42,476 nt of DNA, from the sequence record MN850617.1. One strand, given 5' to 3'. Under the pieces are notes generated by a model. The model made no database searches. It saw only the letters and a program-made list of their open reading frames with translations, and was not told the origin of the DNA. The stretch is from Escherichia phage forsur. Shown piece after piece: positions 8,369 to 19,000 of this stretch. Position 1 is the stretch's first letter; the number at the start of each line of letters is the position of its first letter. Position numbers and translations under genes: made by a program.

Positions 8369-9361
8369 ATGGCCGACAACTACTATCAGCCGAATCAGTT
8401 CCGTCCACACTGGGGTGGTGCGAACTCTGATAACGACATTCACCTTGAGGTGTATGACCGTGATGTGCAGACCCAGTTCATCTACAACTCCATCTTCCGC
8501 AGCGGCCTGACCAACTTCAAGTCTGTTGCGAACCAGTCCAACACTTGGCGTGGCGACCGTCTCGGCTCCGTGTCTGTGAAGGGCCGTAAGTCTGGTCAGT
8601 CTCTGGACAACCAGCCAGTTCGCTCTGAGAAGCTGATTGTCACTGTGGATACCGTGTCTTACATCCGTATCCCGATTGACTATCAGGACGACTGGACTGC
8701 GCCGGACTTCCGTGCTGAGCTGACCCGTAACATGGGTACTGCACAGGCGAAAGCGTTCGACCAAGCGCACGTCATCCAGCTCCAGAAGTCTGCTGACTTC
8801 GTTCCTCCGACCTCTCTGGCAGGCGCGTTCAACTCCGGTATCAAGGAGAAAGTAACGCTGACTGGCACCGTGGCTTCTGAGGAAGACGATGCAAGCGCAC
8901 TGGTGCATGGTCACAAGAAAGTCATTGAGGCGTTCATTCGCCGCGACGCCGACCTTGGCCGTCTGGTAACGCTGATTGACCCGGCGTGGTTCAGCATCCT
9001 GCTGGAGCACAAGAAACTGATGAACGTTGAGTTCACTGGTGGTCGTGGTGTGAACGACTTCGCTATGCGTCGTGTTGCTTACGTGAACGGTATCCGTATC
9101 ATCGAGAGCAACGCATTCCCGCAGGCAGCAATCACCAACCACATCCTCGGTGCCGACTTCAACGTCACCGCCGAAGAAATCAAGCGTAAGATGATTATCT
9201 TCGACCCGTCTCTGGCTCTGGTCACTGTCGAAGCCCAACCGCTATTCAACCGCGTGTGGGATGACGAACGTGAACTGACCAACGTTCTGGACAGCTTCCA
9301 CATGTACACCGTGGGTCAGCGTCGTCCTGACGTGGTAGGCGTGGTTACTACCGAAGCCTAA
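8369..9361 (+). CDS. major capsid protein, T7 gp10-like (330 aa)
   Basis: Position and size fit. Block similarity to T7 gp10A as recalled (EKLIVTVDTVSY..DYQDDW vs EKVITIDGLL..DIEDAM; C-terminal YTVGQRRPDVVGVV vs YAMGHGGLRPEAAGAVV). Confidence 0.9.
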   Translation: MADNYYQPNQFRPHWGGANSDNDIHLEVYDRDVQTQFIYNSIFRSGLTNFKSVANQSNTWRGDRLGSVSVKGRKSGQSLDNQPVRSEKLIVTVDTVSYIRIPIDYQDDWTAPDFRAELTRNMGTAQAKAFDQAHVIQLQKSADFVPPTSLAGAFNSGIKEKVTLTGTVASEEDDASALVHGHKKVIEAFIRRDADLGRLVTLIDPAWFSILLEHKKLMNVEFTGGRGVNDFAMRRVAYVNGIRIIESNAFPQAAITNHILGADFNVTAEEIKRKMIIFDPSLALVTVEAQPLFNRVWDDERELTNVLDSFHMYTVGQRRPDVVGVVTTEA

Positions 9362-9371
9362 TGGTAAACTC

Positions 9372-9400
9372 GAAGCCCTTCATTGAGGGGCTTCTATGAT
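9372..9400 (+). terminator. stem-loop terminator candidate after the capsid gene (T7 T-phi analogue by position)
   Basis: GAAGCCC-TTCATTGA-GGGGCTTC hairpin (9372..9394) followed by TATGAT, immediately after the capsid stop. Confidence 0.5.
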
Positions 9401-9427
9401 TATCGTTACTCACCCAAAGGAGGGTGC

Positions 9428-9616
9428 ATGAAAGTCATTGTTGCTGATAACGCTGGTGTTTCCTACCACATACCTGAGAGTCACATCTTCTGCTACTACG
9501 CAGATGCCACTGACCCTACGAAGACCACCGTTGTCCACGCAGCGAACGGCACGCAAATCTACAAGAGCACCTTCGACGGTACGCCTGCGGATTTGGATGC
9601 CATACTTACCAGTTAA
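9428..9616 (+). CDS. hypothetical protein (62 aa)
   Basis: Start trimmed to ATG 9428 (AAGGAGGG upstream). Confidence 0.5.
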   Translation: MKVIVADNAGVSYHIPESHIFCYYADATDPTKTTVVHAANGTQIYKSTFDGTPADLDAILTS

Positions 9617-9628
9617 TGGAGACATGCT

Positions 9629-10177
9629 GTGACTCTACTCGAAGCAGTTAACATTGTTCTTCGGGCATTGTCTGAGCACACCGTATCATCCACAGAGATT
9701 CGTAACCCGTCCGTCACGCTTGCCCTTGACAAGATTAACGTGGCGACGGAGGAAGTTCTCACTGATGGCTGGTGGTTCAACAATATCCGAATCACCATTC
9801 CACGCGAGTCGGATGGTCGAGTCAAATATCCCGCAGACGCACTGAGCTTCATCCCCGATGGGTTTGAGTGTATTGTGCGAGGCGGGTATCTTTACAACGC
9901 GCAATCCCAAACCTTTGTTTTTACTGAGGATGTTCCGGGATTGGTTACTTATGATTTGGGGTGGGATGACCTACCGAGTCCTGTTCAACGACTCATTGCA
10001 TATCAAGCAGCTATCTCAGCTTACGCCGACGACATTGGGGATAACCCTCCGGCCAGCGTGACAGGCGGCTATGCCATGGCGTTGCAGCAGTGCCAGTCAA
10101 TCCATACCCGTCAACGTCGATTCAATGCACGCCAGCGTCAGAGCTGGTGGCGATATGAGAGTGCTCGGAGAGGATAA
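9629..10177 (+). CDS. tail tubular protein A, T7 gp11-like (182 aa)
   Basis: GTG start with GGAG 8 nt upstream. The N-terminus aligns with T7 gp11 as recalled (AVNIVLRALSE..LDKINVATEEVLTDGWWFN vs AVNDILASIGE..LNKINRQIQSRGWTFN). Confidence 0.88.
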   Translation: MTLLEAVNIVLRALSEHTVSSTEIRNPSVTLALDKINVATEEVLTDGWWFNNIRITIPRESDGRVKYPADALSFIPDGFECIVRGGYLYNAQSQTFVFTEDVPGLVTYDLGWDDLPSPVQRLIAYQAAISAYADDIGDNPPASVTGGYAMALQQCQSIHTRQRRFNARQRQSWWRYESARRG

Positions 10178-12621
10178 TGCCAGTATACCAAGGCGCTTAT
10201 AAATCCATCCTCGGCGGCGTGAGCCAGCAGGTCTATACTGACCGCCAGCTATCGCAGGTTGAGGAACAGGTCAATATGACCTCTGACACCGTGCGTGGCC
10301 TGCGTAAACGCCCCGGCACCCGCGACACTAAACTGGTGGACTCCACCAACGCCAGTGTCTGGAGCCTTGGTAACTTTGGCCACCTGCGCTTTTACACAAC
10401 CAACCTCGGATGGGGTGTCACTACCTTCGTGGTCAATACGCTGACCGGGTACGTCACCTCATTCGTTGAGACTGAGACTGTCCAATTCATGGGGCAGTCC
10501 AACTACCTGATTACCTCCAACCCTGACGACATTGTATTCACGACCGTGGGCAACACGATGTATGTGGCCAACTGTTCTAAGCTGCCTGTTTTGCTTGAGA
10601 ACGAAACGCGAATGAATCCGGGTCGCCGGGGTTACTTTTTCGTTTTGGCTGGTGCCTATGGCAAGCAGTACACTGTTCGCATCGAGACGAGCGGCGGCGC
10701 ATACAGTGCCACGTACACTACACCGGATGGTACAGACCCCGGTGACTCTACACAAGCCACACCAGAGTACATCATTGGTCAGTTGAAGACTCAGCTCGAT
10801 ACTGCCATCGGAGGCGCTACCGGGCTTGAGGTTGTGCAGACGGACGGGGCGTACATGTACCTCCAGACGACTGCCGCTTACACTGACCTGAACGTGTCCA
10901 CGAACACTGGCTCAACGTATGCCATCGCATCAAACACTCACAGGGTTGACCTGACCACCAAGCTCCCGGCACGCCTGCCGACTCAGGCTGGTGGCTTCAT
11001 CATGACCGTGGGTGATGACAGCTTTGCGCAATACTTCCAGTGGGATTACGCCAACTCGCGCTGGGTGGAGAAGGGTGCCTACGGCTCACCGACCGGGATT
11101 AACCCCAGTGGTATGCCGCTGGTATTCAACACGACCAGCACGCTCAATCAGCACTCGTTCGCTCAAGGCTCTTGGCCGGGGCGTACTGCTGGCGATGACA
11201 AGACCAACGCCATTCCTGCATTCACCGACGCCAATGGCGTGGGTATCACTGGGCTGGCATCGTTCCAAGGTCGCCTGATTATCTTCTCTGGCCCGTACAT
11301 CACCATGGGTTCCAGCGACAAGGATGACCGGACTAACTTCTTCCGCACCACTGTGACCCAGTTGCTGGAGAGTGACCGCATTGAGTTCACCGCGTCGAGC
11401 TTCGCTGGCGCATCGTTCCGGTATGGCATCCCGTTCAACTCTGACCTGATTCTGGCCAGTGAAGAACATCAGGCCGTCATCCCCGGACGTAACCAGATTC
11501 TGTCACCGAGCAACGCCACGGCTGTGCTCACCTCGACGTACCAGATGGACACTGGCGTAGCGCCGACCACCTCTGGCCGCAGCCTGTATTATTCGTACCC
11601 GCGTTCGAACAGCTCGTTCTCCATCAAGGAGATGCTGCCGTCCGGCTACACGGATTTGCAGTACGTGAGTCAGGACGTGACCGACCACCTGCCGACCTAT
11701 CTGGAAGGGGCTAACAGCTACATCTCTGCCAGCACCACGAACAACATCGTCGTGTTTGGCTCGACCACTGAGCGCTCGACACTGTACGTGAACGAGTACC
11801 TCTGGTCAGGGGATGAGAAGGTAATGTCCTCGTGGCATCGCTGGGAGCTGTACGGCACTATCCACGCAGCGTGGTTCGTCCGTGAGGTTCTGGTGGCGCT
11901 GGTTGAGCAGAATGGCCACATGCACATGCTCACGCTGTCTATGCGTGATTCACCAGACCCGACTGACCCAGCACGATTCCTGCCTGCGATGGACTATGCG
12001 CAGAACATGACCGTGACCAACCCAAGCACTGATAGCTCGTACATCCAGTTCGCTGCCGATGGCGTGCAGAAAGCGCTGTGGGATATTATTCAGGCCCGGT
12101 ATCTGGCCGATGGCAACACTGACTTCATGACCACGGTTGTGCCGTCCGGCGACTACATTGGTGCCGAGGTCGGTATCAAGTCAGTGGATACCACGAACCG
12201 CCGTCTGTACCTGCAACCATCTTATGGCTCCACAACTCTGTGGGTTGGCCTGCGCTTCACAGCACTGTTCAGTCCGACGCCGCCGCGCATCTTCAATGGT
12301 GACGGCTCGTACATGGACGTGAACAAGATGGTCGTGATGTTCTACAACTTCACCCTGCGGTACACCAGCCTGTTCAATATCACGGCGACTGACCGGGGAG
12401 CATACGACGCCTACAACATTGAGTCCAGCCCGATTCGTTACACCAGTAAGGAACTCGGATTGGAATCTGCAATGCTGGCGAAACGTGCGCACCTGAAAGT
12501 TCGCATGGGCCTTGAGGTCGAATCCAGCAGCATGGTCGTTGATTCGTCTACGGCTGGCGACCTGAATATTCAGGGGCTGGGTTATTACGTCAAGTTCTAC
12601 AATCGCACTCGGAGAATTTAA
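10177..12621 (+). CDS. tail tubular protein B, T7 gp12-like (814 aa)
   Basis: Size (T7 gp12 is 794 aa), ATGA-type coupling to gp11-like gene, conserved order. Confidence 0.85.
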   Translation: MPVYQGAYKSILGGVSQQVYTDRQLSQVEEQVNMTSDTVRGLRKRPGTRDTKLVDSTNASVWSLGNFGHLRFYTTNLGWGVTTFVVNTLTGYVTSFVETETVQFMGQSNYLITSNPDDIVFTTVGNTMYVANCSKLPVLLENETRMNPGRRGYFFVLAGAYGKQYTVRIETSGGAYSATYTTPDGTDPGDSTQATPEYIIGQLKTQLDTAIGGATGLEVVQTDGAYMYLQTTAAYTDLNVSTNTGSTYAIASNTHRVDLTTKLPARLPTQAGGFIMTVGDDSFAQYFQWDYANSRWVEKGAYGSPTGINPSGMPLVFNTTSTLNQHSFAQGSWPGRTAGDDKTNAIPAFTDANGVGITGLASFQGRLIIFSGPYITMGSSDKDDRTNFFRTTVTQLLESDRIEFTASSFAGASFRYGIPFNSDLILASEEHQAVIPGRNQILSPSNATAVLTSTYQMDTGVAPTTSGRSLYYSYPRSNSSFSIKEMLPSGYTDLQYVSQDVTDHLPTYLEGANSYISASTTNNIVVFGSTTERSTLYVNEYLWSGDEKVMSSWHRWELYGTIHAAWFVREVLVALVEQNGHMHMLTLSMRDSPDPTDPARFLPAMDYAQNMTVTNPSTDSSYIQFAADGVQKALWDIIQARYLADGNTDFMTTVVPSGDYIGAEVGIKSVDTTNRRLYLQPSYGSTTLWVGLRFTALFSPTPPRIFNGDGSYMDVNKMVVMFYNFTLRYTSLFNITATDRGAYDAYNIESSPIRYTSKELGLESAMLAKRAHLKVRMGLEVESSSMVVDSSTAGDLNIQGLGYYVKFYNRTRRI

Positions 12622-12623
12622 AT

Positions 12624-13358
12624 ATGGGTTGGGCAGCTTTTGCTAAAGCTGGTGCCGACGCCACGAACTCTTTCATCACCACCTATGCTCAAGGACGAGC
12701 AGAGCGTGCGCAGATGAAAGCTGTGCAGGCAGAGAACGAACGCCTGAACAAGCAGACGTGGCAGGCAATGGGCCAGCGCATCAACACCGTCAATCTCCAG
12801 CGTGGCCTACTCCGGCAGCAAACTGGCACCGACCTGTACAACATCAACAAGGAAGCTAACCGGGCAGCAGGTGCCAGCATCAACAACGCCGCCGCCGCTG
12901 GTATTGAAGGTGCATCGGTTGACGAATCAGTCAACGATATCAGTCGTCAGAATCAGGAAAGCCAAGCGCAGACCCGGTTCAATGAGCAGATTCAGGAGAT
13001 GAATCTGGACACGAGCATTGAGGATATTGTGAACACGGCAGTCGCCGCACAGCGATACTCTCAGAAACCTGCAAGCAACAGCATGATTGTTGGCCGCGCC
13101 ATCGGCGTGTCTGCAATGCAGTTCGCTTCCAGCCTCGCGCAGACCAGCTTCGACTACATGCCTACTGAGGGTGCCAAAGGCACAGGTACTCAGGGTGGTA
13201 GCGGATTGGGCGGCCTGTCCGGGAATACTGGTGCGAGCACGGTTCAGCTCGGTACTACCAATTGGATGCAGAAAGCTGGGGAATTTGACCCGGTTCCTGC
13301 TCAGTACAGTTCTAATCGCTACACGGGCTACAGCTCCGGTAGCTTGTTTGGGGGCTAA
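12624..13358 (+). CDS. internal virion protein A (244 aa)
   Basis: First of three genes between tail tubular B and the tail fiber, as in T7 gp14-16 / phiKMV gp35-37. Gln/Ala/Gly-rich. Confidence 0.65.
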   Translation: MGWAAFAKAGADATNSFITTYAQGRAERAQMKAVQAENERLNKQTWQAMGQRINTVNLQRGLLRQQTGTDLYNINKEANRAAGASINNAAAAGIEGASVDESVNDISRQNQESQAQTRFNEQIQEMNLDTSIEDIVNTAVAAQRYSQKPASNSMIVGRAIGVSAMQFASSLAQTSFDYMPTEGAKGTGTQGGSGLGGLSGNTGASTVQLGTTNWMQKAGEFDPVPAQYSSNRYTGYSSGSLFGG

Positions 13359-13360
13359 TC

Positions 13361-16057
13361 ATGCCAATTATGCGTGACCAGCGTGGCGCAAATCTCAACG
13401 CTGCGCAACAGGGCGTACCGAATGTGCAGCAGGCTCAGACTCCGTTTAGTCTCGCAGGCCGCGATACTCGCATCGACACGTTCCCTACTGAGTCCATCCA
13501 GCGCGTACTCAACATGGCCAGTCAGTTGGCTGGCCGTGTCACTGAGCGTGCTAACGAGGAAGAATATCTCAAAGGTGCCAACGCCGCCGCGAGCGGTAAG
13601 GCTGTTGAGGATTTGGATTCGAACTGGCTGACTGCACAGTTCCAGAAAGCTGGTTATAACGACCAATTCAAGCGTATGCAGATGGCTGGCGTAGCCTCTG
13701 AAATCTCGGCCAACATGACCGAGTACGCTAAAATGTCTCCGCAAGACTTCCTGAAAGTCATTGATGAGAAGACTACCGGGCTGTTCGACAATACCGATGG
13801 TATGACCCTTCGCGGTCGCCAGTCGCTGCTGGAGAACCAGCTCACGTTCAGCAACACCCTGATTCGCACGCAGGCTGCGCAGCACGGTAAGTATCTGGTT
13901 GAGCAGCGTGCAGCAATGTACAACTCTCAGGGTAACACTCTGGTTACTCTGGCGGCTCAGGCCAAAGCATCCGGCGACGGCGGTGCGTATGCAAACGCCA
14001 CGGCTGCTACCATGGCTTGGGCTAAGTCCATTCTGGCCGATGACAAGCTGCCGCTGGAAACCCGGCGCACGCAGGTCACGTCCATGATGGGCCTGATGCT
14101 TTCGCAGGATTTGCGTACCCCGGTCGAGACGGCGGTTAACTCCGGCCTGTTCAACGACCTGCCTGCTGAGGACTTGGCCAAGCTGCAAGGTCAGATTCGT
14201 GAATCCAAATCTCGTACCGAGGTTCAGGATAACATGGGTCTGCTGGAGGCAAAGGGTCAGCTTGATGCTCGTCAGGCTGTGTTTGGTGACGTTACGCCGG
14301 GCCAGTACGGTCAGGTGCTCCAGCAGTTGGTGGACAACAAGCTCATCACTGCTTCCGGGTACAGCTCTGCTATCGAGTCCTTCTACAAGGATTACGCCAA
14401 GCAAGCCAAGGCCAGCCAGCTCGGTCAGGCATATGCCACCGGGAACCAGACGTACATGCTCCAGCAGGGCGCGAGTGAGCAGGATGGTGCTGACGCATTC
14501 ATCAAAGCTCGCATGAAGCAGCCGGGCGCTACGGCCAGTTCTGTGGCATTCGACCTGCTGCAAGTTGGCGCACAGACTGGCTTCCCATCTGCGTACAAAT
14601 CCGCAGCCAAACTGATTGAGCCATCCCTGTCGAACTTCGGCACCGTGGATGAGATGAACCCGGATGCTGCCCGTACTGTCACTGGTCTGATTGACCGTGT
14701 GACTGTGGCAGAAAATCAGGGTGACAAGACCGCATGGACTAAACTCCTGTCCGGTCTGTCTGAGGAAAACCAAGAGAAGATGGTGTACATGCGCGAGCAG
14801 ATTAAAGCTGGCCGCACCATCGACCAAGCTGGTCAGGGTTACATCAAGCAGCAGCAGGACTACGCTGGCTTGACCCCTGCTCAGAAATCCCAAATCTTAA
14901 CACAGCGTCAATCTGACGTGAACAGTGTAGTCAACTCACTTGAGTCCCAAGGCTTCTTATCTCGCACTTGGCAGGGCTTAGCTGGTCTGTTCTCAGACAC
15001 TCAGCAGAACCTGTTCCAAGCTCGCGTCGCATCTGGTGACATTACTGCTGCTCAGGAAATGTCGGAGGTGTCTGCCGCGTACCGCGAAGAACTGCAAGCC
15101 GTGGTGCTCAAGAACCCGAACATCACGAAAGACGGTATGGAAGCGCTTGCGTCTGCGAAGCTGGCCAACCGCGTGCTGCGCGTCGGGGAGACTACGTTCA
15201 GTCCCGGCTCTGTGCTTATCGCTCCGAGAAACCAAACTGTTCAGTCTATGCTTGGCCTGCCTGCTGACGTGGCACCTGACCGTATCGGTCGCGCCATCGC
15301 CTCACTTGACCAGAGCAAGGCACCAGAAGGTTTCGAATCGTCGTACTCGTTTATGCCCGATGGCTCACTGAACGTTCAGTTCTTCAACAAGACGGGTGAC
15401 GTTTCCCCGAACAGCTACCGGATTACGCCGCAGGCTATTCAGGAACGTATCCGTGAAGACGACCGTGCAGCCGCCACCGCAAATAACGAAGTCTACGGTG
15501 ATGGGAAACTCTTTGTCGATAAGTCCAGCAACATCGGGATTCGTGTCAATGGCGTGAATACTGCCGGGGTTGATGAGCAGCGTATGCTCTATGCCCGTGG
15601 TAAGCTGATTGAGTTCGAAGGTATCCGCAACACCACGTATCGTGACAGCACTGGCGTCCAGACCAACGGCATCGGTATCTCTGACCGCAGCCCGTACTTC
15701 TCTGAGGGTCAGGCTTCTGGTATGCGCGGTGGTACTGAATGGTCGCCTCGTACAATTCACGACACGTTCGTCAATCACACCAACATGGTAGCCCGGCAGA
15801 TGCCCGGTACTGCGGCAGCGCTGGGGTGGAGTCGTGACAACGACGCCCAGTTCCAGTTCATGATGCAGATTGGTTATCAGGCTGGCGCAAGCTGGTATCG
15901 CAACGAGGGTGCGTACAGCAAGCTGGCTGATGCTATCCGTGTTGGCGACCGTGACAAGGCTGTTCAGGCTCTGGCTGCGACTCCGGCTTACAAGCTGTCG
16001 CAGGATGAGCGCAAGCAGTATTACGTCCAAACTCTACTCGCAGGTATGCAGGAATGA
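13361..16057 (+). CDS. internal virion protein B with a C-terminal GH24-type lysozyme domain (898 aa; phiKMV gp36-like)
   Basis: The C-terminal EGIRNTTYRDSTGVQTNGIG carries the E-x8-D-x5-T lysozyme catalytic triad. Same position as the phiKMV gp36 class. Confidence 0.85.
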   Translation: MPIMRDQRGANLNAAQQGVPNVQQAQTPFSLAGRDTRIDTFPTESIQRVLNMASQLAGRVTERANEEEYLKGANAAASGKAVEDLDSNWLTAQFQKAGYNDQFKRMQMAGVASEISANMTEYAKMSPQDFLKVIDEKTTGLFDNTDGMTLRGRQSLLENQLTFSNTLIRTQAAQHGKYLVEQRAAMYNSQGNTLVTLAAQAKASGDGGAYANATAATMAWAKSILADDKLPLETRRTQVTSMMGLMLSQDLRTPVETAVNSGLFNDLPAEDLAKLQGQIRESKSRTEVQDNMGLLEAKGQLDARQAVFGDVTPGQYGQVLQQLVDNKLITASGYSSAIESFYKDYAKQAKASQLGQAYATGNQTYMLQQGASEQDGADAFIKARMKQPGATASSVAFDLLQVGAQTGFPSAYKSAAKLIEPSLSNFGTVDEMNPDAARTVTGLIDRVTVAENQGDKTAWTKLLSGLSEENQEKMVYMREQIKAGRTIDQAGQGYIKQQQDYAGLTPAQKSQILTQRQSDVNSVVNSLESQGFLSRTWQGLAGLFSDTQQNLFQARVASGDITAAQEMSEVSAAYREELQAVVLKNPNITKDGMEALASAKLANRVLRVGETTFSPGSVLIAPRNQTVQSMLGLPADVAPDRIGRAIASLDQSKAPEGFESSYSFMPDGSLNVQFFNKTGDVSPNSYRITPQAIQERIREDDRAAATANNEVYGDGKLFVDKSSNIGIRVNGVNTAGVDEQRMLYARGKLIEFEGIRNTTYRDSTGVQTNGIGISDRSPYFSEGQASGMRGGTEWSPRTIHDTFVNHTNMVARQMPGTAAALGWSRDNDAQFQFMMQIGYQAGASWYRNEGAYSKLADAIRVGDRDKAVQALAATPAYKLSQDERKQYYVQTLLAGMQE

Positions 16058-19000
16058 TTACACAAGAATCGCTCGACAAGTTCATGGCTCCCAAGCAGGG
16101 GGCCAACGCCCCTACGCTGGTGATTCCAGCTCCCGTAAAAGCTGAGACGCTCAGCACTCCACTGCAAGACGCCACTCGTCAGGGTGCCGTTGAGCAGTTT
16201 GATAAGATGCAGGAACTGGAAGCGACACCAATCGCCACGGCTTTGAGCGCTTCTGTGAAGAACTGGGATACCACTCAGCTCTTTGATGCGGCACTCAACA
16301 AGCCTGTGTTTCAGGCTGACCCGAACTTCCACCCGAACGAGGCATTGCAGAATGTCCAGTTCCCGGTGACTGAGGATGACCGCACATTCCTGTTCAAGTC
16401 CAAATCAATGGACGAGTTCAACTGGCGTACACAGCAGCTCCAAGAGATGCGCGAACGTACCCAGTTGGCTCACACTGCGCCAGTGATGAACGCAGTGCTG
16501 CAATTCGCTGACCCGCTGTACCTCGCCACTGACCTGCTCTCGATGGGAGCAGGCACTGCCCTGAAACTTGGTCGCCTCGGAACCGCCGCTGTCGGTGCAG
16601 CTTCAACTGCTGCCACTATGACAGCGGTGGGTAACGAAGCACGCCCAGTGTCTCAGAACGAGATTATCTTTGCGGCTGCCCTGCACGGGGCGGCCACCAC
16701 TGCATTCTATCGCCCCGCCGCTGCGCCAGCCCGTCGCCTTGATGAGCTGTCGCCGGAGGAATTTGCGGCAGAGATGCAGCGCCGTAACGGTATTGACCCG
16801 AACAACCCTCCGCAGTTCGACCCGAACAATGCCATGTCTCCGCTGGCAATGTCACTGGGCTTCGGGCGTCGCGGTGCCATGGAGACTGACGAGGTTCCTG
16901 AATCCATCCGGGCTGCGGCTCAGCGTGGACTCGACCTCGCTCGCCGTGGTGAGCAGACCAACCCTAAGCGTCCATTCCTTGAGTGGTCACTGTTCAAGTC
17001 GTTCAGTCAGCATTCTGACGAAGCCAGTGCTCTGGCCGGGCGTCTGCTGGATGACCCGCTGAATCCGAACATGACCTCTGCTGCTGCAATCCAGCGCGAG
17101 ACTCAGGCTCGCTTCGGTGTGCTGCTGAACCAGTATGAAGACACCCTGCGTAACGCCCTGACCACTGATGGCTGGAGTAACCTCCGGCGCTTCCGTGACC
17201 CGGTAGGCTATCGCCGGGCGCAGCAGGAGTTCGAGGCTGCTGTTCGTCTTGAGCTGGACAAGCGCATGATTGACAACAACTTCCGTGGCGCTAACCCGAA
17301 TGTGGCCGCTGCCGCCGACCGACTGGGCGAATACTCTCGCGCCGTGGGCCGGGAGCTGGAACGCAAGGGGATGGTTGAGCCGGGCTTCGTGGAGAAGAAC
17401 CCGTACTACTACCCTCGCCGGATGAACGTGACCAAGATTGAGCAGGCTGAGCAGTTGCTCGGTAAGAAGCCATTCATGAAGCAGATGACGACTGCTGTGC
17501 AGCGCGGCATCGGTACTGACCGACCGACTGCCAACGTCATTGCCCATGCCATGGTAGAGCGTGCTCGCCGTAAGGGTTACGGTATTGACAACTCCGGTAT
17601 GATTATCAACAAGGAGGGCCGCGATGAGCTGCTCGAAATCATTGAGAACTCGAAAGGACTCGACGAGGCTGCCAAGGCCCGTGCTTCCGCACTCCTTCGT
17701 GAATCTGGCTCGGACGCTGGCCGACCGTCGATGCTCAAGAGTCGTATCAACATCGACATGATGCACCAGCTCGGCCCTAACTTGCAGGTGCGTGACCTAT
17801 TCGACGACAGCATCACCAGCATGATGGATGCGTACAACCGCCGCATTACCGGGCGACTGGCTCTGCATGAAGCTGGACTGGGTACTGACGCCGAACGCGC
17901 TGCTGCTCGTGAGGCTCTGGCCAAATCCATCAAGGATGGTACGGCTCGTCGTCAGGCGCTGGAGCAGTATGACAACATCATGGCTTATTATCAGGGTGCT
18001 CCGGTCGGTGAGGAAATGCCGCAGTTCATGCGCCAGCTCTCAGCACTGACTCAGGCTACTGGTCTGGCTGCATCCGGTCTGTGGCAGTTGGTGGAATACG
18101 GCACGATGATGCAACGTTTTGGGGCGGTCAATACATTTCGCGCCATGATGCGCACAATCCCGGAAGCACGCGCATTATTTAAGCAGATGAGAGTGACTAC
18201 TAAGGAAGGTCGTCAGTTGGCCTTGGATGCTGAGGAAGCTCTGACTGCTGCGGTGGCGAGCGATATTCGTATGCGTCCAATCATGCAGCACTATGACGAC
18301 ATGTTCTCTGCTGACAAGTCACCGTGGGTTATGCGTCTTGAGCACGCCCGTGACGCCACGATGTTCATCAACATGCAGAAATACATCCACTTCCACCAGA
18401 CTCGAACCAACGCAGCTCTCGTGATGCAGACGCTGCGCAAGGCAGCAGAAGGTGATGCCAAGGCTATTGCCGCGATGAAAACCTATGGTGCCAATGATGC
18501 GCTGCTGGCTGATATCCGTAAGCAGGTTGCCAAGTCCGGCACCAAGCCGGATGCGTGGGATGAGGGTGTGTTCAACCGTACCCGCATCGTCATGATTAAC
18601 GCCATGGATGACGCTATTGTTCGCGCCCGTGTGGGCGAGCTGCCTGCATTCGCAGAGTTCAGTACCCTCGGTAAGTTCCTGTTTACGTTCCGTCGATTCG
18701 TCGCGGCTACGCACAACAAGACTCTGGTTGGTACTTGGAATCGTGAGGGTGCCCGTGGCATGGCTACGCTCATGGCGTACCAGTATCCGCTGGCGATGAT
18801 GGCCACCGCTGCCAACAACGTGATTTCCGGTAAAGCATTCTCTGACCCGGAAACCATGGCACCTAACAAGCTGGCTAGTCAAGCGCTGAATTACCTTGGT
18901 GCTATCGGCTTTGCCTCTGAGTTCACTGGTGTCCTGACTGGTCAGCAGCGTAGCTTCGGTGCGCCGGGGCTGCTGTTCCTTGACCGCGCTTATGGTGTGG

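Noticed and set aside
7685-9238. Long antisense ORFs, for example 517 aa at 7685..9238 (-), 512 aa at 13355..14893 (-), and 258-259 aa at 16987..17766 and 18319..19095 (-)
   Set aside because: They lie entirely opposite high-confidence + strand structural genes, have biased low-complexity translations and no start signals. They are typical shadow ORFs of GC-rich coding DNA.
18187-18209. Promoter-like ATGAGAGTGACTACTAAGG inside the 1035-aa internal virion protein gene
   Set aside because: It has two mismatches plus an extra base in the CTATA core and lies deep inside a coding region. Probably a chance resemblance. Other partial GTGACT hits (10731, 25391, 41451) are weaker still.
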